DNA of 63,398 nt, counting the filler, from Octopus bimaculoides (taxonomy: Eukaryota): assembly GCF_001194135.2 (NCBI RefSeq). It is 5 parts of 4 records of this genome, joined end to end, with 100 filler letters (N's around TTAATTAATTAA, not from the genome) between each part and the next. Parts side by side here need not be neighbours in the genome. Positions count along the whole stretch, not along the records: positions 1 to 24,216 come from NC_068986.1; 4 more parts are not named here. The stretch is one strand, 5' to 3'. Positions within the stretch are counted from its first letter, which is position 1, and every line of letters begins with the position of its first letter. A program made the position numbers and the translations under genes. A model generated the notes under the pieces. The model made no database searches and had not been told where the DNA came from. It was given only the letters and a program-made list of their open reading frames with translations. This document shows, one piece after another, positions 1 through 13,123 of this stretch.

Positions 1-620
1 TATATATATATATACTACTGGTCTTCCATAAACCACCTTACCCGGACTTGTGCCTCGAAGGGTAACTTTCTAGTTGCAATTCCATATCCATGCATGACCG
101 AAGGGGGTTCTTTACCGCTTTATGCTCAGTTATAATAAAAACAATTTTACATTAATCTAAAGGGTTACTCCATATTCAAGCGACAAATTCATTATTCTTT
201 AATACCATACCTATGCATTTATGTATATATTTTGAACGTCAACTCGTGACCGAGTAAGACCACTTCCTGAGCTCAATAAATCCGTGCAACTGTTCTGAGA
301 ATCCAAGCGGTTTCTGTGCATGCATTTGTTTTTGAGTGAATGGAGTGTTGCACAGCACTGACTTCGCTTTACTGCGCAAACAAAAGTGGCACAATAGAGG
401 AGCAGACAACAAGAAATCAACTGCACATTTTTTATATGAGTTTCACTTTTAGAATGAAATTCTAACGAGAACTTGGAGGTCTTCACTTCCTGTGGTTCAC
501 GTGATAGTTAACCCGTAGCTGGAACCCTAACAGATGCTGCTACTCCGACCCACTACAGGATGCAGTTTAAAGTGATACCCAAGATCATGTATGTATGTGT
601 GTGTATATAAATATATACAT

Positions 621-801
621 AGGCGCAGGAGTGGCTGTGCGGTACGTAGCTAGCTTAGCAACCACATGGTTCCGGGTTCAGTCCCACTGCTTGGCACATT
701 GGGTAAGTATCTTCTAGTATAGCCTCGGGCCGACCAAAGCCTTGTGAGTGGATTTGGTAGACGGAAACTGAAAGAAGCCCGTCGTATATAAGTGTGTGTG
801 T

Positions 802-832
<31 letters not shown>

Positions 833-1070
833 CGACCGGCTGTGTGTGTGTGTGTTTATGTATGTGTCTGTGCTTGTTTCCCACAACATCGCTTGACAAC
901 CGATGCTGGTGTGTTTACGTACCCGTAAATTAGCGGTTCGGCAAAAAATAACCGATAGAATAAGTACTAGGCTTACAAAGAATAAGTTCTGGGGTCTATT
1001 TACTCGACTAAAGGTGGTGCTCCAGCATGACCGCAGTCAAATTACTGAAACACATAAAAGAAAAAAGAAT
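621..1070 (+). mobile_element. tRNA-derived SINE, family A (GGCGCAGGAGTGGCTG head, internal TG/TA microsatellite)
   Basis: A-box-like TGGCTGTGCGGTA and B-box-like GGTTCAGTCCC, then a non-tRNA body. Related pieces at 29165-29380 (-), 36183-36232 and ~41510. Confidence 0.8.
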
Positions 1071-1176
1071 GTATATATTCGAGTGTGTGTGTGTGTGTGT
1101 GTGTATGTGCATTTACGTTCATATATATGTGTATATATACATATATATCTATATATATGTGTGTGTATGGGTGTGT

Positions 1177-1235
<59 letters not shown>

Positions 1236-2523
1236 NNNNNNNNNNNNNNNNNNNNNNNNNNNNNNNNNNNNNTATATATATGTACTTATGTATATATCTG
1301 TGCCTTGTAAATATAGACCTATATACGTAGATTGTCTGTGCGTATGCAGCTGTATATTTCGATGTATATATTTATATGTAGATATATATATATATATGTT
1401 GTGGATAGCCTTGTATACATACACGCTATTGTATTTTATTTTATTTTATTTTATTTTGAATGCAGCGTATGCTTTATTTTATTGATTTGATTTTAAAGCG
1501 TTAATTCGAATATAATTAATTATCTATAATATGTATTTGGAGCCCATTTTTCTATTTAAGGTTTTCTTCGATATTTTTTAATAGGGTGAATATGTATTAA
1601 ATTTATTTGGTCTGTGAATTACACATCATTGACCGTTAATTGAAACGACCAATCCATGGCCCTTATTTGAAACAACCAATCAGACGAATCCATGTGTTTT
1701 AAATTTTAAATGTTATATTACTTTCGATTGCATCGTTATCCTTCCTCCATTTCTAACAAAACTGTCCGATGAACGGGAACGTGAAACTCAGAGTAACGGT
1801 TTTTTTGTTATATTTCTGCTGCTTTGAAATAAAGTATATATATATATATATATATATATACAGTTGGTAAGTATATATATGTATATATGTATGTGGGTAT
1901 TGGAGTGTGTATATATAATACACACACACACGCAAAAGGAGAGTGACAGGATGTGTGTGAGTGTGCGTATGTGCGAGTATGACTGAGTGTGTGTGAGTGT
2001 GTGAATGTGTATTCAGAATGTATATGTGCACGCGTGTGTGTATTTGTGTGTGTATGTATCAATTTCTCTGAGTGTACGTATGTGAATGTGTGTGTGTGTG
2101 TGTGCGTGCGTATGTGTGTGTGTGTGCGTGAGCGTGTGATTTTGTGCGCTCGCGCACGTGCTTGTGTGCGTGTGTGGGTCTGTGTGTATGTTTGAAAATC
2201 TCAAAAGTAATTTCGAATTTTGTGTCACCGATAAAAGATCGATGAAGCACAGAAAAATCACGGCAAACTAAATAAGAAAGAACCCTAAAAGCGTAACTTG
2301 TATTGATATCAACATCAGGAATCTAAAAGAGTAATCGAATGTTAACAGCACAGCACGGTGGCCATGACTCTTTTAATATTGAATTTCAATGACGAGAAGA
2401 TGGTTCCAAGCCGTTCTAGAGAAATAGAAATGCACAAATGAACTTATATATAAATGTATTCCTCTCTTTGAAAATCATGAAGAAACGCTGTCATACGGTT
2501 TCACTTCCTCATCAGATCATATT

Positions 2524-2790
<267 letters not shown>

Positions 2791-3237
2791 ATTCCTTTCA
2801 TCCCTCCGAAGTCTATAGAATAAAGTGCTAGTCTAAAGTCTAAATTCTGGGATCGATGATATCGACAATGTCCCGCCCCTTAGTATTGCTGACCTAATTG
2901 TTGTTGTTGCTATTCTTTTATTTTCGCAATGAACTTCAAGATGCTTAAACTTAGAATACACAACGAAAGTTTGAAGGAGGTAAGGGCCTTGCAAAAGCGT
3001 ATAGGATGATCCGGTCAAATTGTGGAAAAGGAGGAGGGTGAAACAGCTATGCATAAGGACAAGTTATACTAAAAATTGCCAAGAACGAGTTAAAATACCC
3101 AAATATGCAATGATCATATTTTGAAGAACCTACAAGAATAGGTGCAAACGCTAATATTTATAAAACATGTGACATATTAATAAAAATCTGTAAATGTACA
3201 ACCATCCAGATATCTGAGTACCTTATTATTTTTTCCA

Positions 3238-3282
<45 letters not shown>

Positions 3283-3284
3283 TA

Positions 3285-5188
3285 TTGCTCTGTACTCAGA
3301 GACTGCAAGAAGAGGAAAAGTAACTAAGCTATGTCATGGATCGACTATCGTAAGGCGTACGATATGATCCCACATTCTTGGATATATCAACCTGTTTAGT
3401 ATATGAATCTGTTTGGGATTGCATCGAATGTTGAGCGATTCCTTGGAAAAAGTATGGCGAATTGGAAGACGGACCTGACAGCATACGAAATAAGTTTAGG
3501 GACAATAAAAATTAGGAGGAGAATCTTCCGAGGGGACTGCCTGTCCCCACTGATCTTTATACTGTACTTGATACACCGACACTGATTCTGAGGAAAGCAA
3601 AAGGAAAAGCCGCCAACAAAACGTCAACCATCTGTTATTCATGGATGACCTCAAACTTTATGGTAACGATGAAGCCCAAGTCAGTTCCCTCGTTAATACG
3701 GTGTATACCTTCAGTGCTGATATCAAAATGGAGTTCGGACTGAGAAAGTTTTGTGTGTTAGTGTTGAAGAGAGGCAAAGTTAGTGTTGAAGAGAGGCAAA
3801 ATCAAATGTATGGACGGACTAACGATACTGTCGGGGGAGGTTATGAAGCAGATAGAAGAGACGGGCTATAAATACTTGGGGATTTTGGAAATGGATAAAT
3901 TAATGGAGAAAGAAATGATAGAAAAATTTAAGGTGGAGTACTTACGCAAACTGAGACTGATCCTTAAGTCGAAATTAAACGGATGGAATAAGATCGAAGC
4001 TATCAAAACCTGGGCGGTTTCACTCCTTAGATATGGAGCAGGGGCAATCGCATGGACAGTAGACGAACTAAACAGCTTAGACAGAAAGACAAGGAAGTTG
4101 CTAACTAGATATGAGTCACTCCATCCAAAAAGTGACACAGACAGACTGTATGTACCAAGAAAAAGAGGGGGAAGAGGACTAATTGGATGTGAACACAGAG
4201 TCAGGGCAGGAGAAAAGAACATAGTATGGTATGTAAGAAATGCTACAGAACCGCTATCATTAGACGAAAGAAGGTCAAGCTTGTGTAGGGTGAAAGATCG
4301 CAAAGATAAAAAACTATACAAGAAATTGAAAACGAATGAAACTGAAAATAGGTGGGTAAAGAAAAGTATGCATGGTTAATTTCATAGGGATGTTGAAGAC
4401 AGACAGAGAAAAAGATGGCTGTGGATGACTAAAAGTAATTTAAAACCGGAAACGGAGGCTCTAATCTGTTCTGCTCAAGAGTAAGCATTAAAAACAAACT
4501 ACATAAAATACAAAATAGACAATATATCAGAAAGTGATAAGTGCAGAATCTGTGGACAAAACGGTGAAACCGTATGGCATATTACCAGCCAATTTACGCC
4601 ACTAGCCCAGAATGAATATAAGAGACGCCACGACAATAAAACCAGACTTGTCCACAGGACACTTTACAACAAGTATGAAGCTGACAGAGCAAAAAATTGG
4701 TACGACCACAAACCTGAAGGCATTGTCGAAAATAGAAATGCAAAGATCCTACGGGATTATATAATTCAGTGCGACCATGGGATTGAGAATAGGAAGCCGG
4801 ACATAATCTTAATTGAGAAGTAAAACAGACTATGCCGGATCATAGACATAGCATGCCCAGCTGACAACAAGGTATGCAATAAGGAAGAAGGAAAAGTCGA
4901 GAGATATGACAGGTTAGCTTGGGAAGTTTAGCAGTTATGGTCGATGAAAAACGTAGCAGTAGTACCAATAATTGTCGGAGCCCAGGGAACAGTGAGCAAA
5001 AATCTCGAGAAGTACGTAGAACAAATAGGGGTTGCAATAAGGGCGGAGCACTTGCAGAAAACAACACTGTTTGGAACCGCTCGAATACTCCGGAACGTGA
5101 TTGAAATATAAGAGGTGTTACCTTAGTTCACTGGTAGTGAACAGCTGACACTGTAGTACATCTCCAGCGTTAGAAGCTCTGGAAAGGC
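3285..5188 (+). mobile_element. 5'-truncated, degraded R4/Dong-clade non-LTR retrotransposon (RT + Zn-knuckle + restriction-like endonuclease)
   Basis: Translated motifs WIDYRKAYDMIPHSWI, IFRGDCLSPLIF, FMDDLKLY, YKYLGILE, LHPKSDTDRLYVPRKRGGRGL, KCRICG, EYKRRHD, RKPDI..IDIACP, GTARILRNV; frameshifts and stops; 3' end runs into (AAT)n at 5189-5217. Confidence 0.9.
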
Positions 5189-5217
5189 AATAATAATAAT
5201 AATAATAATAATAATCA

Positions 5218-5712
5218 ATGCCGGGCGGTGAGGGGAGTTGAGCGCTCATCACATGAAATTTCCCAATGGCCTGCGCAAGCCCGACTCCTTCGCCAAACCA
5301 ATAGAAGAAGAGTGGGAAAAGGCGAGTATCTGCCTTGAATGGCAAGCAGCCTTAGAGAAGGAACGCTCTGATTTCAAAGCCAGGGGAGCATGGCCTTGGC
5401 GAACAACCTTGATAGAGATGGTGTCTCGATATAAATACCGGCTGGTAGTAACCAAAAACACATCTCATTTTTGAATGAAAATGCCAAGCAAAATAAGTGA
5501 CGATAGCGGTTTGAATGGGAGGGGAACCATTGGAAAGATTGGTGTAAGTGTGAAAGTAGAACACCTACAAAATCACCATTGCTTGGAACTGCAAGAATTC
5601 TTCGCGAGGTTCTTGAAACATGACCAGTAAACAAATATCACCATTGTCTGCTGGCTGTGAACAGCTGCCAATTTCCATCATACTCAGAAATATTAGCCGT
5701 GAGTTTTGATAC
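5218..5712 (+). mobile_element. Short bipartite Dong-like derivative between two (AAT)n tracts
   Basis: 3' part encodes IGVSVKVEHLQ/SPLLGTARILREVLET* (Dong C-terminus, compare 5020-5105) plus a 3' UTR; GC-rich 5' part starts at the AAT tract; no RT. Confidence 0.6.
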
Positions 5713-5742
5713 AACAACAACAACAACAACGATAATAATAAC

Positions 5743-5784
<42 letters not shown>

Positions 5785-5838
5785 TTTAACAACAACAACA
5801 ATAATAATGATAATAATAGTAATAATAATAATAATAAT

Positions 5839-5895
<57 letters not shown>
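5711..5895. repeat. (AAC)n/(AAT)n microsatellite
   Basis: Directly visible. Confidence 0.95.
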
Positions 5896-6595
5896 TTTCC
5901 AAGGGGTTCGTTGTCCCCTTTAATATTTGTCTTATGTTTGATCTATCTCAGTTTAGTATTTAGGGAGGCAAAAGCAAAAAGCAGGGTATCAGTTCAGAAA
6001 TATTAATGGAAGAATTAACTATTTGCTCTACATGTATGATCTGAAACTTTTTAGTAAGAATGAAAAAGAGACAGATTCATTAATACAGACTTTAAGACTC
6101 TTCAGCAAAGATATAGGCATGGAATTTGGCAGAGATAAATGTGCAATATTAGTCATGAGAAGGGGACAGGTAGTCAACAGCGAAGGCATCCAATTACCAG
6201 GTGGCCAGAAAGCGGAGAGAGTTATAAGTATCTAGGAGTATTAGAATAGGACAGAGTACTAACTACAAGAATGAAAACGAAAATTGAGAAGGAGTACATC
6301 AGAAGGGTGATGAAGCTAATGAAGTAAAAGCTAAATGGTTCGAATCTTGTGAAGGCTGTAAATACTTGGGCAGTATCAATACTTAGATACTCAGCAGCTT
6401 TTGTAGTTTGGAGAAAAACTGAATTAGTAAAGCTAGACAGAAGTAGGAAGGAGTTCAATATGAATGGAGGACTCCACCCAAGGGCAGGAGTAGCAAGATT
6501 ATACCTACCTAGAAAGGAAGGTGGAGGAGGGTTAATATCAGTAGAAGACTGCGTAGAGTTAGAATAGATAGAAGCTCCTATGTAGGTAATAATAA
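5896..6595 (+). mobile_element. R4/Dong-clade RT fragment (different subfamily from 3285-5188)
   Basis: FQG..LSPLIF, LLYMYDLKLFSKNEKETDSLIQ..FSKDIGMEFG, AVNTWAVSILRYS, GLHPRAGVARLYLPRKEGGGGL; begins at the (AAT)n tract. Confidence 0.85.
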
Positions 6596-6609
6596 AGAAA
6601 GTTTACGGA

Positions 6610-6785
6610 GGAGAGGGTAAGTCAATTACATCGACACCGGTGTTCAACTGGTACTTAATCTATCGACTCCAAAAGTATGAAAGGCAAAATCGACCTCGGC
6701 GGAATTTGAACTCAGAACATGTAGATGGATGAAATGCCATTAAGCATTTTGCCCAGCGTACCTACAATTCTGCTAGCTCCCTCCA
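6610..6785 (-). mobile_element. tRNA-derived SINE, family D
   Basis: Reverse complement of GTTCTGAGTTCAAATTCCGCCGAGGTCGA..CCTTTCA..GTCGATA; homologous to 37695-37895, 44312-44530, 54340-54525, 61815-62020. Confidence 0.8.
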
Positions 6786-6809
6786 CTAGTAATAATGAGA
6801 ATGAAAGTA

Positions 6810-6846
<37 letters not shown>

Positions 6847-6944
6847 TTAAAACGCTATTACGTTAAAACGCTAATATCACACAAGATAAAAAAAAAAGTA
6901 GGATAAGAGCATTGCCTCAAACACAGCCATATAAATACTTAGAT

Positions 6945-8070
6945 GTCTAATAAACACCGTATAGCACATGACTACGAAAGAAAGGATTAGGAAGGATTAA
7001 ACAAACACTATGACGACATGCATACTCTAGCTGTCTCCGTAATATGTTAGTTTGTCTTTTCAATTGGACACAAAACCAACTCGATAATAATCTAGCCTGG
7101 AAAACAAGGAATATAAAAACTAACTAAAGTATGACATTTAAAGATAATATTTATCACAAATATAAGGTGGTGGAGACTTTATGCTATTAGAAAGCTATTA
7201 CAAAGTATCACTTTAGAACTTGAAAAGTATTCAGTAAAGAAACATGAAAAATTAAAATACGATTAGGGACAACAACTACAAAACAAAAGTTGCCAGTAAC
7301 AAAGAACTGCAGTTTAAATCTAAAGTAGAGTTGAGACTACAGAATGACATACAGATGAGAAACGCAGGAATGAAGTAGAGACTGGAATTTTTTGACGGCA
7401 TCCTCTGCATCAGAATCCACCAAAACAATATAAGTAGACTGCAGGATATGTGTGAAAATATAGATGAAGGAAGAAAGCGCTTTATCTATAGCTACCCTGT
7501 GTTAGCCAGGAATGAATACAGTCACAGACACGACAGAGCTGGGACTTACACTGGAAGGTATGCCAACATAATGAAATAACAAAAAGAAATGGCAGATTCA
7601 AAGACCCGGAAAAGTCTTCGGGAATAGCAAAGCGACCAAACTCTCTGACCAGATATTGTTGTCAGGAATCAAAAGAAAAGAAATACCTTATAATTACCTT
7701 ATCCATCTCAACAGATGATAATTTTTCTGAAAACTAGCGAGAGAAATTATGAAAATATAACGATCTACAAATAAAGATAAACCGAATACGGGGCATCGGA
7801 AGAGAAGTAATCTCAATAACAGATGTTTTAGGAATGATGAAAAGAAAACATGCTGACGAATACATAGCTACAACTTCAGGACACATAAATACGTATAGCA
7901 CACAGAATGCAGAACTGCAAGACACAGTACACGAAATGTGCGATGGGTATTTCTAATAGAAGGAAAGCAAAACAAAACCGAAGCAAAGAAGTACTGCACA
8001 TAACCAAGACGTACAGACATTCGCTTGATAGTGCAGTGATAGGCATCCGAAGAAGGACGATGACGAAGAT
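6945..8070 (+). mobile_element. Old, degraded R4/Dong-clade 3' half
   Basis: Residual GGG..L.LE.YYK, EYSHRHD and PDIV motifs; 3' UTR CCAAGACGTACAGACATTCGCTTGATAGTGCAGTG resembles CCAAGGCGCACAGAGCTGCGCTCGGTAGTGAAGTG at ~51210; followed by (GAT)n. Confidence 0.65.
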
Positions 8071-8077
8071 GATAATG

Positions 8078-8131
<54 letters not shown>

Positions 8132-8360
8132 CATAATCAGAATAACAACAACAATTACAACAATTTTAAGGATTATAAAGCAACAGAAATACAGTACAAT
8201 GAAGTTTACTGCAGAAGACAAAATTTAAGAGGCTTATTTATAGAAAACAATCTGCTAACAATTGATGCATACACTTGCGCGCGCATGCGCCCACACGCAC
8301 TCCATATGTGTATGTGTGTGTTATGATATAAAGACCAATACATATGTGTATATACATGTA

Positions 8361-8392
<32 letters not shown>

Positions 8393-8827
8393 NNNNNNNN
8401 NNNNNNNNNNNNNNNNNNNNNNNNNNNNNNNNNNNNNNNNNNNNNNNNNNNNNNNNNNNNNNNNNNNNNNNNNNNNNNNNNNNNNNNNNNNNNNNNNNNN
8501 NNNNNNNNNNNNNNNNNNNNNNNNNNNNNNNNNNNNNNNNNNNNNNNNNNNNNNNNNNNNNNNNNNNNNNNNNNNNNNNNNNNNNNNNNNNNNNNNNNNN
8601 NNNNNNNNNNNNNNNNNNNNNNNNNNNNNNNNNNNNNNNNNNNNNNNNNNNNNNNNNTATATGTATATATATATATATGAATGAATATCCGTGTATATGT
8701 GTATACACGCATCTACAAATTGATTTTGTATTTAAATAATATATAAACTTTATATTTTATTTCTTTTGTCATGTTATTTATATACTTTTTAATACTATGC
8801 GTACTACTGTAAATATCTTTGATGTAC

Positions 8828-8873
<46 letters not shown>

Positions 8874-8946
8874 GTGTATGTTAAATAAAATGAGATAACA
8901 GAGCCAAGGCAATTTGATATTCCTAGGACATTTATAAATAGAAAGG

Positions 8947-8996
8947 TGGTCTTACAGCTGTTTCAGGGAAATACATTATATCCCATCATCAGGGAC
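8947..8996 (-). ncRNA. Minimal type I hammerhead ribozyme motif in a Penelope-type terminal-repeat fragment (~8900-9170)
   Basis: Minus strand GUCC-CUGAUGA-U-GGGA(loop)UCCC-U-GAA-ACAGCUGU-A-AGAC: intact core, palindromic stem III, GUA cleavage triplet; stem I GUC/GAC with a C-A mismatch. Confidence 0.7.
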
Positions 8997-9679
8997 GAGT
9001 TGAGAGAGCTTCAATAGAAGGAATGAGTAGAGTTAATCTTTTTAGAAGTTATTCTGGAGAGGGAGAGATATACAAGAAATTAGATATTAATGCAGACAGT
9101 TTAAAAGGAAAATATGAAAAATAATACCTGTTGAATGTTAAAATTGCTGTTCCGTTATCCATATATATATATATANNNNNNNNNNNNNNNNNNNNNNNNN
9201 NNNNNNNNNNNNNNNNNNNNNNNNNNNNNNNNNNNNNNNNNNNNNNNNNNNNNNNNNNNNNNNNNNNNNNNNNNNNNNNNNNNNNNNNNNNNNNNNNNNN
9301 NNNNNNNNNNNNNNNNNNNNNNNNNNNNNNNNNNNNNNNNNNNNNNNNNNNNNNNNNNNNNNNNNNNNNNNNNNNNNNNNNNNNNNNNNNNNNNNNNNNN
9401 NNNNNNNNNNNNNNNNNNNNNNNNNNNNNNNNNNNNNNNNNNNNNNNNNNNNNNNNNNNNNNNNNNNNNNNNNNNNNNNNNNNNNNNNNNNNNNNNNNNN
9501 NNTAGATGTCGTTCAATGCTCGAAATGAGGAGTAGATAAGCAGCTGACAACTGATGAAGGGTCGTTCTTTATGTTACTTGTCCTGTTTTCCATTTGTTTC
9601 TCTCGTTGTTTGCGTATTCAACTCATTTGTTCTCGTATTTCATGTTGTTAACTGTTAGTGATGTCCCGTACCCATATAG

Positions 9680-9720
<41 letters not shown>

Positions 9721-10399
9721 TGTGTGTGTGTGTCTGTGTCTGTGTCTGTGTGTGTCTGTGTCTGTGTCTGTGTGGTTTTTCTTGCTAAATTTTACAATTG
9801 TGAAGAGTGTTGACTTTAAGTTGATATTACAGATACACAAACAGAAACACACACAGTACTGATGGAACCTACTGAATGCATGTTTTTTTGTTTAAACGGG
9901 ATTTCGTCCAGAGAAACTTCGCGTGTTAATAGACACTGAATCATTCAATCCAGGCAAAACGAATCGAGCCGTAGGTGAACGACGATGGAGGATATCTACA
10001 TTTTGCTGTTATTGCAGCTTATCGGCGCCATATACCCTAGTCACCTCGGAACGAATTGGAGCCGCTGGTCTGAGGAGTATAATGTAGATAGCGTAATATC
10101 TATTTGCTGATGTGTCACAGCGCCGCACAAGTGAAACAAAATTAAATTTTGAGTTTGAAGCAGATCTAATAATGAAAACAAGACCGATGTCAGCCACTTA
10201 ACGTATGTGCTTTGTTTATGCTCTAAGGCGATTCATTTCGCTTGGTTTGAGTAGACCAGTGTTTTTAACATTTGACGTGCTCAAAAGATATTTCTCTGAA
10301 CGAAATCCTTCAGCTGATAAAGCGCATAAACAAAACGCTCATGTTAAGTATCTGACATTAATAATGTTTGCATTATTAGACCAGCCTCTATTTTAAAAC

Positions 10400-10597
<198 letters not shown>

Positions 10598-13074
10598 TTG
10601 AATAATATTGATCCCATTGCTTCGTCGACAAAACCAAGCCACCCAACTACAAAGTAGTATGACAGAAATGCAAGAGGCGAGCATCGATATTGAAGATAAT
10701 ATCTCTAATAATTCAATCGGCGGAAGAATATGTTGAATTTATTAATCCTTTCATACAACATTACAATAGGGTAGCATAAGGGTAGGGAGTCGGAGTAGTA
10801 TTTTCAATATTTAGTTTCGTTCTTAGATTCTGAGTTAAAATACCATAGACATAGCAGACATTTTACTGGTAAAGATTTCATTCCATGAAAATTTGCGGCC
10901 TTTTAGAAATGTAATATCAAACTTGATGCGAAACCGGAGGGTAAATCCATTCTTCAATTTGTGAAATTCATTTCAATCAGTTGTATATAAACCAGATGAA
11001 GTTGAGACAGGACCACCTAGAGTTTATGACTTAATTAAACTATTTATATTTGGTGTCATTACTCAGTATGAAAGACGTGTTCGTATTCAGGGAAAATTAT
11101 AGATATCATTCACAAGCATTATTAGTTTTGAAAACTTTGCAGGATATACTCTGCACACAAACTCGATTCTACAAATAGCTTCTAGACCCTCCATTTTCTC
11201 TTTGAAATCTGTTTGTAATATTTCTAGCTTAATCTTCATCTGTTGTATTTATTTCATTTAAAGCTACTTTCTGAGTACAATAAGGACACCAATGACTTGA
11301 GATAAACATTATTTTCGATATTGAATAACGCAACATGTAATATTCTAATTTCACTAAATGATTATACGATATAAAGAAGTTGTTCTATGACCGCCAGTCA
11401 TTCATTAACCAGATTGTAGATGGCATTATCGGCTGAATTGGTTCTAAATTATGTAAATTAAGCCTGTTTCTCAGGTCATTTGGAGAATCATTAAAACCAC
11501 AATCTCATATTTGCACAGAATTAAACGTACAGTATATTCTCCAAAAGCAAATTTTGTTTAGAAATTAGACAGGAACGAAGTAGCAGGGATTATAATAGCT
11601 TCAGCTTCTCTGTTATATTCGTGGGATTAAGGCAGATTATATACTGCCTGAAATTCTGCAAGTTAATATCTGGTGTGAAACATGGACGTAGAGGAGCCCG
11701 GATCTCAGTTCGAAGACAGATAAAGATCAGGCGGTAGTGTTATGAAAAAGAGAAGGATATCATAAAAAGGGGGGGATACTACGTGTAGATGTATTTACTC
11801 GTCACTCTTTGTTTCTATTTTCAGTTGAAAGCAATTCTATTATTGCATTTAAGAAATGAAACTCAACTGTCGAGTTGTGTAAATTATTCGCAACATAAAT
11901 GGCAGGAACTGATATTTGGTAGTGTAGGAGATGAATATGGTAGACATTCAATCAATTGGCTTTTGTTGGTCAAGTCTACGAGTCGAATTTTGTTTCTTTT
12001 TTTACGGTTGCTTCACTTCGGCCGTTTATTTAAAGAATCATTACTGCTTCCTTCAAGAAGGAATTCTTCTATTTTTAGTTTCGGTATTCCGACTTTAAAT
12101 GTGCTCTTTTAATGCAATATCATTTATTACAAAACCTACAATTTTATCATGAAAATAACTTGCGAAAATAAAAAAATAAAAGTTTATAAAAGAAAGAAAA
12201 ACTATAAATAACGAATGTAATGCGAGGCGAGTTTATGGTTGTTGTTGCTGATTGTGTCATTACAGTTATTTGGAAGCTGTTGTTAATACTAAAACAGTTA
12301 TTAAAAATTCAGTAATTACATACTTTTGAAAGAATGTTGCTATATAATTAATTTCGCTCTAAGAACTCCATCCGTTGTTATCTAAAAAATTATATAACAA
12401 TTCTTATTATTACAGTTTATTAGCGACAAACTTTACATTTGCCCTCGAATTCAAATAATTGTACACACACACATTGAAGCCGAAGGCGATGTTTTCCATT
12501 CCGATTAACTTTGAAAATAATAATGGCAATCTATAGAAGGTAATTTCGACTGAACTCTGGTATTTCAACATTTCATTTCCCTACCACCGAGAAACTTACT
12601 GGATGTCTTTTAATATTTCTTCTAAGAAAGGAAAACTAATATTGTGTAGGATTCTGAGGAGAATTAATCGGATTCCATCAGTTTCTATTCATTGGAAAAT
12701 ACAAATAAATAAATAAAAATAATAAATCAAGGCAGATATATTGAAACAACAATTGCAATCGATTGTAAAGTCATCCAAGCAAATAGCTCTCAACGGGGAA
12801 AATACTGTCTGACGAACGATCAGTTGGCTTTATTTGCATTTAATGATAAAGATGCCTGATTATATATTGTTCACTTGCCAACATGAATGGGAGATGCTGC
12901 CGCTTACAAAGGGAAATGGTTGCAAAATTTATCCGCCCGTCTCAATATTTATACGAAGATGCACTTGAGCAGCGTTCTGCAACTCTCAAAATCGGGCTAC
13001 GTTTATATACGTGAGTGGAAGTATGAGTGCGAGAGGAGGTCCGTGTGTGTGACTGTGCTTGTGTATAAATAAAG

Positions 13075-13123
<49 letters not shown>

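Noticed and set aside
621-700. tRNA-like sequences at SINE heads (also 18124, 38229, 51721, 55197, 58501)
   Set aside because: A/B boxes are present but there is no full cloverleaf or acceptor stem, and each continues into a repeat body; not tRNA genes.
5218-5340. Possible HDV-like ribozyme at the putative Dong 5' end
   Set aside because: Such ribozymes are known in R2/R4/RTE 5' ends, but I could not build P1/P2/P3/P1.1; only a GTGA..TGAGCGCTCA..TCAC hairpin is visible. An RNArobo/Infernal search on the consensus would settle it.
9530-9600. CTGATGA at 9551 with an upstream GAAA
   Set aside because: No convincing stems I or III in any permutation and no downstream GAAA.
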